A DNA stretch of 64,000 nt. Source: Ignavibacteriales bacterium CG07_land_8_20_14_0_80_59_12. Its GTDB lineage: Bacteria > Bacteroidota > Ignavibacteria > 0-14-0-80-59-12. The notes beneath the pieces were generated by a model that saw only the letters and a list, made by a program, of their open reading frames with translations, had not been told where the DNA came from and ran no database searches. Position numbers and translations under genes: made by a program. Shown here piece after piece: positions 1-7,583 of the stretch. The first letter of the stretch is position 1. Every line of letters begins with the position of its first letter. The stretch lies in assembly GCA_002779395.1 (NCBI GenBank), contig PEWR01000061.1, positions 5,104 to 69,103 on the forward strand, written 5' to 3'.

Positions 1-1681
1 CAAGCGAAGAGAACCGCTCGGCGTTCGTGAGGAGGACTTCGCTCTTCCGGTTGTTTTCCTTCATCTTCGCCTGAGTTGTGTATGTCCCTTGGTGGTACTC
101 AAGGTAGAGCTCATCGTCCCACGTCGGAAGCGACGAAAGATCTTGCTTCTTGAGCCAGTCAATGTACTGCGTCGCGGTCCCGTAGTCGATCGATGGGAAG
201 ATGTCGAGCGTCTTCAGGTGCTCAATCCGGTCGATCATGGCGAGGGACGGGCCGCCGCCGTGATCGCCGACACCGAACAGGACGAGGAGCTTCGTGAAGC
301 CGGTGTTCGCGTCGAATTGCCGCATCCAGTCGACCAGACGGTACGGGTCTTCGATCTGGCTGACGTAATCGAACGGGAAGTAGCTAAGAATTGTCGACTT
401 CTCCGGTGCCTCCCACCAGAAGACACGGTACGGGAACACGTTCACGGCGTTCCATCCGATTTTCTGCGTGATGAACGCATCGATGCCCGCGTTCTTGTAG
501 AACTGCGGCATGTTCCAGTTGTATCCGAACGAATCGGGGTTCCAACCGATCTTCACGTCCTCCCCTAACTTGCTCCTGAAATACCGCTTTGCATAGAGGA
601 GGTGCCTCGCCCACGACTCACCGCTCGGCAGGTTGCAGTCCGGTTCGACCCACATCCCGCCAATGACCTCCCATCGACGGTCCTTCACATGCTGCTGGAT
701 TTGACGGAAGAGGTCTGGGTAAAGCCGCTCCATCCAGTCGTAGTACGCAGCCGAGCTTTGCGTGTACGTGAAGTCCGGCCGCGCATTGAACATGTTCATC
801 ACGGACGAGAAGGTGTTCTTGCACACTTCGATTGTTTCCTTCTCGCGCCACAGCCACGCCGCATCGATGTGTGCATTCGAATCGAAGAAAAGTGTGTACC
901 GTTTCGCGAACTCGCTGATCGGCTTCAGCTCCGATTTCACGCTCTTCAGCGAGACGGTGAAACCGTCGACGGAGCCGCGCGCAAGCGCATCGACGTCGAC
1001 ACGTGCGGCGAGCGTCTGGAGCAGCTCGCCGAGCCGCTTCTTCTCATCACGGCTCATCTTTGACTTGTCAGTCCCGGGATCAACCTTGTTGTTCGAGCTC
1101 GTCTGGTACGTGTCGAAACCGGTGAGCTTCTGCCCCACACGCATGCTGAGCGCAAAGTCCCTGACCGACTGCAGCAAGGGCGCCGTATTCTCTGTCTCGA
1201 TCTCAGCCCTTATGATTCTCAGCGGGCCGCTCGTGTTGATCGCCCGGATCGCGATAAGGAAGGTGTCGCCGGGCTTCCCGTTCTTCGTCAGCTCGAACTC
1301 GCCGTCCCACGGGAAATACCCACGGCTTTCTCCATTGATCCACATGTAGCCGTAGTCATCGACGGAGACAAGGAACTTCGCCGGTCCTGAGATGGGAACC
1401 CCGAGGATCGTCTGCGGCAGGACGATCGTCTTCCTGATCCAGCATGAATCAGGATAGATCCGCTCATTCAGCTTCAGGTTGTCCCATTTCGAATCGTCGA
1501 AGCCCGCCTGTTGTGGGTCCTTCCCATCGAGCTTCGCGATCTTCAGGTCCGGGCTGACCTTCCAGTCGTTGTAGGATGTGGAGACTAGTGAATCGAGCCG
1601 CGACACGAGCCTGTCGACGCTTGTCTGGGCGGAAAGCAGCGTCGTTCCCAGAACGCACGCCGCAAGGAGCCTGCCGAGCAT
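1..1681 (-). CDS. Alpha-mannosidase, glycoside hydrolase family 38, with signal peptide. The C-terminal part runs off the window start.
   Basis: The minus-strand frame is open from the ATG at 1679-1681 to position 1. It is absent from the ORF track because there is no stop inside the window. The N-terminus is a signal peptide, MLGRLLAACVLGTTLLSAQ. GH38 catalytic motifs are read directly: FFDSNAHIDAAWLW, GGMWVEPDCNLPSGES, WNPDSFGY, YLEYHQGTYTTQA. Confidence 0.85.
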   Translation of the reverse strand, partial: MLGRLLAACVLGTTLLSAQTSVDRLVSRLDSLVSTSYNDWKVSPDLKIAKLDGKDPQQAGFDDSKWDNLKLNERIYPDSCWIRKTIVLPQTILGVPISGPAKFLVSVDDYGYMWINGESRGYFPWDGEFELTKNGKPGDTFLIAIRAINTSGPLRIIRAEIETENTAPLLQSVRDFALSMRVGQKLTGFDTYQTSSNNKVDPGTDKSKMSRDEKKRLGELLQTLAARVDVDALARGSVDGFTVSLKSVKSELKPISEFAKRYTLFFDSNAHIDAAWLWREKETIEVCKNTFSSVMNMFNARPDFTYTQSSAAYYDWMERLYPDLFRQIQQHVKDRRWEVIGGMWVEPDCNLPSGESWARHLLYAKRYFRSKLGEDVKIGWNPDSFGYNWNMPQFYKNAGIDAFITQKIGWNAVNVFPYRVFWWEAPEKSTILSYFPFDYVSQIEDPYRLVDWMRQFDANTGFTKLLVLFGVGDHGGGPSLAMIDRIEHLKTLDIFPSIDYGTATQYIDWLKKQDLSSLPTWDDELYLEYHQGTYTTQAKMKENNRKSEVLLTNAERFSSL

Positions 1682-1721
1682 GTTCACGGTGCACCTCCCT
1701 TTGAGAGTGTTGATGGGAATC

Positions 1722-2678
1722 TCATCTCTTTCTGAACTGGTCGAGAAGGACTGCAAGGAGTATGACAACGCCGACCATCACCTGCTGTACATACGAGCCG
1801 ACATTCAGCAGGTTCAGGCCGTTGCGAAGCACGGCGATGAGCATCGCGCCGATGAACGTCCCGACGATGGATCCCCTTCCGCCCGAGAGGCTTGTCCCTC
1901 CCACAACGACGGCGGCGATGACATCGAGCTCATACATGATGCCGGCATTGGGTTGTCCGGAGTTCATCCGCGAGGCAAGAAGGATCCCGCTCACTGCCGA
2001 GAGGACGCCGCTGATTGTGTAGACACCCGTGAGCACGCGATGCGTCCTGATGCCTGCAAGCCGCGCCGCCTCAATGTTCCCGCCAACCGCAAACACGTAC
2101 CTCCCGAACCGAGTGTATTTCAGAACGACGTGTGCGGTCAGATACACGATGACCATGATGATCGTCGGTATCGGGACGCCGAGGAGGCGCCCGGTGCCGA
2201 GTACGCTGAATGCCTCCGGAAGCTCCCAGACCGGCCTCCCCTCTGTCACGACAAACGAGGCGCCGCGCCACACGGTCATGAGCGCAAGGGTGACAATAAA
2301 CGGCGCGATGTTGAACCGGGTGATGAAGAAGCCGGCAAACGAGCCGGAAAAGGCGCCGACCACCAACCCTGCAAAGATGGCAAGGGGAAGAGCGGCTGTC
2401 ACCGGGATCCCGGTCTTCAGCGTCCCTGTCGCGACGATCCCGGCGAATGCAACGACCGACCCGACGGAGAGGTCGATGCCCGCGGTAAGTATGACGAACG
2501 TCATGCCGGCGGCGATGATTGCCGTGATCGACGCCTGGAGGGTGACATTGAGGAGGTTCTCGGCAGTAAAGAAGTACGGTGAGAGCTGTGAGAAGGCGAG
2601 GAACTCGACGACGAGCACCGCACCAATACCCAGCTCGCTGAAGCGCCTCAGGGTGAAACTACCTGTTTCGTTCTTCAT
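1722..2678 (-). CDS. ABC sugar transporter permease (RbsC/XylH-like, about 10 TM helices)
   Basis: The track ORF is 1722..2912. The N-terminal 78 residues are non-hydrophobic junk, so the start is placed at the internal ATG at 2678 (MKNETGSF), which has a GGAGA RBS. The remainder is a typical branched/ribose-type permease (GIDLSVGSVVAF..., GGTSLSGGRGSIVGT). Confidence 0.85.
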   Translation of the reverse strand: MKNETGSFTLRRFSELGIGAVLVVEFLAFSQLSPYFFTAENLLNVTLQASITAIIAAGMTFVILTAGIDLSVGSVVAFAGIVATGTLKTGIPVTAALPLAIFAGLVVGAFSGSFAGFFITRFNIAPFIVTLALMTVWRGASFVVTEGRPVWELPEAFSVLGTGRLLGVPIPTIIMVIVYLTAHVVLKYTRFGRYVFAVGGNIEAARLAGIRTHRVLTGVYTISGVLSAVSGILLASRMNSGQPNAGIMYELDVIAAVVVGGTSLSGGRGSIVGTFIGAMLIAVLRNGLNLLNVGSYVQQVMVGVVILLAVLLDQFRKR

Positions 2679-2740
2679 TCTCCACGATGTCAGAAGTTGT
2701 AGACAACATGGACGGTGTCGGGTCCCCGGGTCAGGATTCT

Positions 2741-2932
2741 TCACTGGATGACAGAGCCGTCCTTGAGAAGCAATTTCGAATTCCTCTTCAACGACGTGTC
2801 GGTCGGCACCGCCCTCATCGTGTCGAGGGAGGTCGTTGGGCCCGGGACGGTCGCGGGTTTCTCCTCCATCGACAGCAACGATCCACCGCCAAACAGTGCT
2901 ATGATGGCACACATGAGCAAGATATGCTTCAT
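2741..2932 (-). CDS. Small hypothetical protein (63 aa) with a signal-peptide-like N-terminus, sitting between the ABC ATPase and the permease
   Basis: The ATG is 10 nt after the ATPase stop. The N-terminus MKHILLMCAIIALFGGGSLLS is hydrophobic and the rest is hydrophilic. It occupies an unusual 266-bp spacer inside the operon. No homology is recognised. Confidence 0.25.
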   Translation of the reverse strand: MKHILLMCAIIALFGGGSLLSMEEKPATVPGPTTSLDTMRAVPTDTSLKRNSKLLLKDGSVIQ

Positions 2933-2944
2933 CGACGCGCTCTC

Positions 2945-4462
2945 TCAGTTGTTCGGCATCTCACCCACCCGCCGGAAGCTCGTGGCGAGCGTCATGATCC
3001 GTTCCTGGGTCGCCTCGCTGCGAGTCAGTTCCCCGCTGACCCTCCCCTCGCACATCACGACGATCCGATCGGACATCCCGAGCAGCTCGAGGAGATCTGA
3101 TGAGATCATCACGATGCCTGTCCCTTCCGCCGCAAGCCTGTTGACCAATGTGTAGATCTCGTACTTCGCTCCGACGTCGATCCCGGCGGTCGGCTCATCG
3201 AAAACAAGGACCTTCGAGCGCGTGTGGAGCCAGCGGGCGAGCACCACCTTCTGCCGGTTTCCGCCGCTCAGGCTCTCAACCCTCACCTCCAGCGACGGAG
3301 CTTTGATGCGAAGCTGATCAACGAACGCCATCGCCGCACCCTTTTCCTTCGAACCGCTGATGAAGGGTCCGGTAAGAAGATCGCGGAGGTTCGAGAGTGT
3401 AATGTTCTCCCTTACGTTCATTTCCGCGATGAGGCCGTACCGGTTCCGGTCCTCGGTGAGGAGGCCAATCCCGAGGTCAATGGCTTCACGCGGCGAGCGG
3501 GGATTGATCTCGCAGCCGTCGAGGAAGATGCTGCCGCTTTCCTTGCGGTCAGCGCCAAAGATGAGACGGGCGACCTCGCTTCTGCCCGCGCCGACAAGTC
3601 CGGCAAGGCCGAGGATCTCTCCGCGGTGCAGCGAGAGTGTGATATCCTTCAACCTTCCACCCGTCACATGCTCCAGCCTCAGCGTTTCATCCCCGCGCTG
3701 GAGATGCACACCCGGGAACTCGTTTTCGAGCTCCCGCCCGACCATCCACCTGATGAGCTGCCGCCGGTCGACTTCCGCGACGGCTCGTGTCTCGACCATT
3801 TTCCCGTCGCGCAGCACGGTGACCCGGTCGCCGATCTCAAAAACCTCTTCGAGCCGGTGGGAGATATAGATGATGCCCACACCCTCGGCCTTCAAGCGGC
3901 GGATGACACCGAAGAGGTTCTGGATCTCATGTTCCGTGAGAGAGGTGGTTGGCTCGTCGAGGGCCAGGATGCGGACCTTCCGCGAGATCGCCTTCGCGAT
4001 CTCGACCGTTTGACGCTGCGCGACACTCAGGTCCCCCACGATGGCGGAGACGTCGATCTCCTCGCCGAGCTGCCGAAGCGCACCGCGCGCGGTCGACTCC
4101 ATTGCCTTCCGGTCGATGAACGGCAAACCGGGAATGGTCGGCTCGGACCCGAGGAGAATGTTCTCCGCGACCGTGAGCGCCGGGACAAGCTTGAAGTCCT
4201 GGTAGATCATCCCGATCCCGAGCGACTGTGATGCCGCTGGGGTCCCGATCTCCACCCTTCTTCCCTCGATGAGGATCTCGCCCGCGTTCTTCCCGATGGC
4301 GCCGGCGAGGATCTTCATGAGCGTCGACTTGCCCGCCCCGTTCTCCCCGACCAGGCAGTGGACCTCGCCCGCGGAGAGGCTGAAGTTCACATCGTCAAGC
4401 GCGAGGACACCCGGATACCGCTTGACAATACCCCGCATCCCGAGGAGCGGAGGCGTCGTCAC
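2945..4462 (-). CDS. ABC sugar transporter ATP-binding protein with duplicated ABC domains (RbsA/MglA-like)
   Basis: There are two Walker A sites (GENGAGKST; GLVGAGRSE) and two ABC signatures (LSVAQRQ; LSGGNRQKV) in 505 aa. It overlaps the upstream binding-protein gene by 4 nt. Confidence 0.9.
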   Translation of the reverse strand: MTTPPLLGMRGIVKRYPGVLALDDVNFSLSAGEVHCLVGENGAGKSTLMKILAGAIGKNAGEILIEGRRVEIGTPAASQSLGIGMIYQDFKLVPALTVAENILLGSEPTIPGLPFIDRKAMESTARGALRQLGEEIDVSAIVGDLSVAQRQTVEIAKAISRKVRILALDEPTTSLTEHEIQNLFGVIRRLKAEGVGIIYISHRLEEVFEIGDRVTVLRDGKMVETRAVAEVDRRQLIRWMVGRELENEFPGVHLQRGDETLRLEHVTGGRLKDITLSLHRGEILGLAGLVGAGRSEVARLIFGADRKESGSIFLDGCEINPRSPREAIDLGIGLLTEDRNRYGLIAEMNVRENITLSNLRDLLTGPFISGSKEKGAAMAFVDQLRIKAPSLEVRVESLSGGNRQKVVLARWLHTRSKVLVFDEPTAGIDVGAKYEIYTLVNRLAAEGTGIVMISSDLLELLGMSDRIVVMCEGRVSGELTRSEATQERIMTLATSFRRVGEMPNN

Positions 4463-5388
4463 CGCGCCGCCTGTTTCGAAAGGGCCTCCCGGTCGACGAT
4501 GCCGACGTCCACAGGCACGGCCCGCGGCACCTTCTCTCCGGCGAAGCAGGCCCTGATCTCATCGATCGTCGCGGAGCCAATCTTCTTCGGGTACTGGACG
4601 ACATCCGCCTTCAGTGGTGTCCCCCTCATGATCGCGTCCGCCGCGGGAGGCGTCGCATCGTACCCCACGATGACGACCTTCGACCGCTTGAACTGCTGAA
4701 CCGCATCGAGTGCGCCGAGTGCCGAATCATCATTGATCCCGAAAATCCCATTCAGGTCAGGGTGGGCCTGCAGCGCGTCGGCCGCAACCTCAAGCGATTT
4801 GTCGCGGACTCCCTGTCCGTTGACATCGGCAGCCACCTCTATCCCGGGGTACTTCGCAATAGCTTCGCGGAAGCCCTGCACACGGTCGAGGACTGATGTG
4901 ATCGCGGGCTGATTGATGATGCCGATCTTCCCCTTCCCGCCGAGCAACTTCGCGAGGTACTCCCCTGCGAGACGTCCACCCGCGACGTTATCCGATGCGA
5001 TGTGGCAGACAACATCTCCTTCCTCGGCAGCAATGTCCGCCGTAAAGACCGGGATGCCCGCTTTGTTCGCCTTCCTGATCCCCGTTCCGACTCCCTTCGA
5101 GTCCACCGGACAGACGAGGATCGCATCGACTTTTCTTGCCACGAAGTCTTCAATCTGCGCAGTCTGCTTTCCGAGATCGAAATCGGCCGATGTGATGATC
5201 AGATCGTAGTTGTGCTTCGCCGCTTCCTGCTTCAACCCATCCTCGAGGTCGCGGTAGAACATGTGGCCACGTGTGAGGAGTGTCACGCCGATCACTTTCG
5301 CCCCTTTTTTCTCTTCCTTCTTTCCACATGAGCCGAAGAGGAATGAAATCGCCAGCGCACAGCACAGGACCATCGCAATTCGTTTCAT
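4459..5388 (-). CDS. Periplasmic sugar-binding lipoprotein of the ABC transporter (RbsB-like)
   Basis: Lipoprotein signal MKRIAMVLCCALAISFLFGSCG. Type-I periplasmic-binding fold motifs are present (KVIGVTLL..., DAILVCPVDS, IVGYDATP). Confidence 0.9.
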   Translation of the reverse strand: MKRIAMVLCCALAISFLFGSCGKKEEKKGAKVIGVTLLTRGHMFYRDLEDGLKQEAAKHNYDLIITSADFDLGKQTAQIEDFVARKVDAILVCPVDSKGVGTGIRKANKAGIPVFTADIAAEEGDVVCHIASDNVAGGRLAGEYLAKLLGGKGKIGIINQPAITSVLDRVQGFREAIAKYPGIEVAADVNGQGVRDKSLEVAADALQAHPDLNGIFGINDDSALGALDAVQQFKRSKVVIVGYDATPPAADAIMRGTPLKADVVQYPKKIGSATIDEIRACFAGEKVPRAVPVDVGIVDREALSKQAAR

Positions 5389-5406
5389 ATCATGCTCCAG
5401 GCTTCG

Positions 5407-5649
5407 TTAGACCGTTTCGATGCCCGATTTCAGCGGAAGGAGAAGGGCGATGACAAAGGCAAGAATACCGAGCCCAAAGAAGACGTGGCCGATCCCGGCA
5501 TCGTGTTCAAGCAGGCCGAGAGTCCCAAGCATATAGGACCAGTCATGTGTTCCCTTCCCGAGGAGGGGTAGAACGTGCGCCCGTGCATCGGCGGCGTAGA
5601 CGCTGATGTTGATGAGGTTCTGACCGAGCCAGACGATGAAGACCTGCAT
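5407..5649 (-). CDS. Hypothetical small membrane protein (2 TM helices)
   Basis: The track ORF is 5407..5835, but only the C-terminal 80 aa from ATG 5649 (MQVFIVWLGQ... GLGILAFVIALLLPL) look protein-like. It lies 19 nt upstream of the binding-protein gene on the same strand. No homology is recognised. Confidence 0.3.
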   Translation of the reverse strand: MQVFIVWLGQNLINISVYAADARAHVLPLLGKGTHDWSYMLGTLGLLEHDAGIGHVFFGLGILAFVIALLLPLKSGIETV

Positions 5650-6212
5650 TCCGAACCGGTAGCCGTTCCTGAGGAAGTGAATCTTTTCCACATTTGCTGC
5701 GTAGTCAGTCAAGGGACTTGGCCAGCGTATGCCGCCGGATGGGATCAATGGCGAGCTCTCACGAGAGAACCGTTTGAGGGCCGCGGCGCTCGAACGCAGT
5801 GTTGAGAAATTACGCAGAAAACAGTAGAATAACAATCACTCCAGCCGCTGGATTCTCACGAGCTGTCGTGCCGCTTTTCTCGTCGTCTCCAGAGATCATC
5901 TTCATCCGCGTACACCAGCCCGTTCTCGTGTCGTCCGTGGTTCAATTCTTCTTCTCTGACACGCAGTTGCTTATATTGTGTGCATTGGCTCTCTTTGCCC
6001 CTCTCACACCGCACGAATATGGAGTCATGTGAATGGACAGGAATCGGATCTACCGCCACCTTGGCGAGTTCGAGCCCTTCAAGGACCTTGACGACCGGGA
6101 GCGCCGTCTCGTCGCCTGCAGCACGGAGGTGAAGCCAAGGAGTTTGAAGCCTTAAGCGGCCGCGATCGATTGTATACTCTGAGATGACACACTACAGGCG
6201 AGGCGAAAAACG

Positions 6213-6704
6213 ATGATGGACAAGCAACCGAATTCACGCATGTGCTTCATCTGCGGGCTGCAGAACCCGGTCGGTCTGAAGATGTCGATCTACAGCGACC
6301 CGGAAACGCGGCAGTCAACCTCCACTGTCACGATACCTGACCACTTCCGCGGATATCCCGGAGTAGTCCACGGCGGCATCATTGCGGCGATGCTCGATGA
6401 AGTCGCGGGGCGCGCGCTCCTCATCGACGGCGGCGACGACTATCTCATGGTCACCTTGAAGCTCGAAGTCAAGTACCGCCGTCCGACCCCCACGCTCACA
6501 CCGCTCACGATCGTCGGGAAGGTGACGCAGCCCGGCACCTCCCGGGCTGCCGTCCACGGTGAGATCCGCCTGCCCGACGGGACAGTCACTGCGGAGGCCG
6601 ATATCGTCCTCGCGCGAACGCCAGGGAGCGTCCGAGACCTGTGGGATGACGAGCGCGAGGACTGGAAGGTGTACCCGGACAACGAGGGGGCAGCCCCGAG
6701 TTGA
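6213..6704 (+). CDS. Hotdog-fold acyl-CoA thioesterase (PaaI/YbgC-like)
   Basis: CFICGxxNPxGL N-terminal motif and HGG catalytic region (YPGVVHGGIIAAMLDEVAG); 163 aa. Confidence 0.8.
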   Translation: MMDKQPNSRMCFICGLQNPVGLKMSIYSDPETRQSTSTVTIPDHFRGYPGVVHGGIIAAMLDEVAGRALLIDGGDDYLMVTLKLEVKYRRPTPTLTPLTIVGKVTQPGTSRAAVHGEIRLPDGTVTAEADIVLARTPGSVRDLWDDEREDWKVYPDNEGAAPS

Positions 6705-6787
6705 AGGGCTGCCGGCAGAACAACGAAATCCCGATGCCATTCGTCGTCCAGATGGAACACTTCATCATTTCTCCCTATTCTGATCTC

Positions 6788-6917
6788 CTAGAAGTCCGGC
6801 CGAAAACCCGCATGTCGACGGGAGTGTAGCATGAAGCTTGCGCCATTTCTTGAGCACACGTGATCTCAGAAGAAAAACAGGCGAATCCATGTTCAACCAG
6901 CGTGACGCTCAAGAGTC
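6788..6917 (+). mobile_element. Solo 130-bp left-end fragment of an IS5/IS1182-family element (copy 1). It includes the first 9 codons of the transposase, after which homology stops.
   Basis: It is about 97% identical (3 mismatches) to 9869..9998, where the same sequence continues into a transposase ORF. The shared string begins ctagaagtccggccgaaaacccgcatgtcgacggg and ends atgttcaacc[a/g]gcgtgacgctcaagagtc. Confidence 0.6.
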
Positions 6918-6939
6918 AAATAAGAGGTGAAAAGTCAAA

Positions 6940-6964
6940 CCCCCTCTCCATAGAGGAGAGGGGG
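6940..6964 (-). terminator. Probable intrinsic terminator for gene 6992..7570
   Basis: Perfect 10-bp GC-rich stem ccccctctcc/ggagaggggg with a 5-nt loop. On the minus strand it is followed by GTTTGACTTTTC. It lies 27 nt past the stop codon. Confidence 0.4.
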
Positions 6965-6991
6965 TTAAAGAACCTCTTCGGGGAGTGTGGT

Positions 6992-7570
6992 CTACCGCAC
7001 GTAGGCTAACTTCTTCACATTGGTGGATGTTCTGCTACTCACCTCAGATTTCGCCACCATACGATAGAAGTAAATCCCGCTGGCAACAGCCTCCGGCTTC
7101 CAATCAACTTTGTGAAAACCAGGTGGCTCAATCCCTTCAACGAGCGTTGCAACTTCTTCTCCAAGCACATTGTAGAGCTTGATGCTCACCTGAGATTCCT
7201 CAGGAAGTGCAAATTCAATCATAGTGCTCGGATTAAATGGATTCGGGTAGTTCTGCTCAAGCCGATACTCAGTAGGAAGCATCTCGCCCGGCTGCTCTGC
7301 TACACCTGTCAACAGATAGCGCTGCACGTGCCAGAAGCCGGCGATCTGCTTATTGGATGCATTGCTCGTTGTGCCGATGAATGGCTGTCCGAGCGTGCCA
7401 ACAAGCTTGTTGTCCCTGGAACTGAGTGAACCTCCTCCACTTCCAAAGACGCTCCGCGGGATGGCATACTGCCCTGATGCACTCTGGCAGAAGAGAAACA
7501 AGAAAACCACAATTCCTGCCGAAAAAATTGTCCCGCTAAAAGAAACGGGATTTTCAAGAAGATGTCTCAT
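6992..7570 (-). CDS. Small secreted protein with a T9SS C-terminal sorting domain (192 aa); cargo function unknown
   Basis: Signal peptide MRHLLENPVSFSGTIFSAGIVVFLFLFCQSASGQ. The last ~85 aa form a type-A Por secretion tail (NYPNPFNPSTMIEFALPEESQVSIKLYNVLGEEVATLV...GIYFYRMVA). GC is about 50% versus about 62% for the window. Confidence 0.8.
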   Translation of the reverse strand: MRHLLENPVSFSGTIFSAGIVVFLFLFCQSASGQYAIPRSVFGSGGGSLSSRDNKLVGTLGQPFIGTTSNASNKQIAGFWHVQRYLLTGVAEQPGEMLPTEYRLEQNYPNPFNPSTMIEFALPEESQVSIKLYNVLGEEVATLVEGIEPPGFHKVDWKPEAVASGIYFYRMVAKSEVSSRTSTNVKKLAYVR

Positions 7571-7583
7571 TTTTTTACCCTCC

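Noticed and set aside
3224-4231. 335-aa plus-strand ORF
   Set aside because: It is antisense to the well-supported ABC ATPase gene. High GC content produces long stop-free antisense frames.
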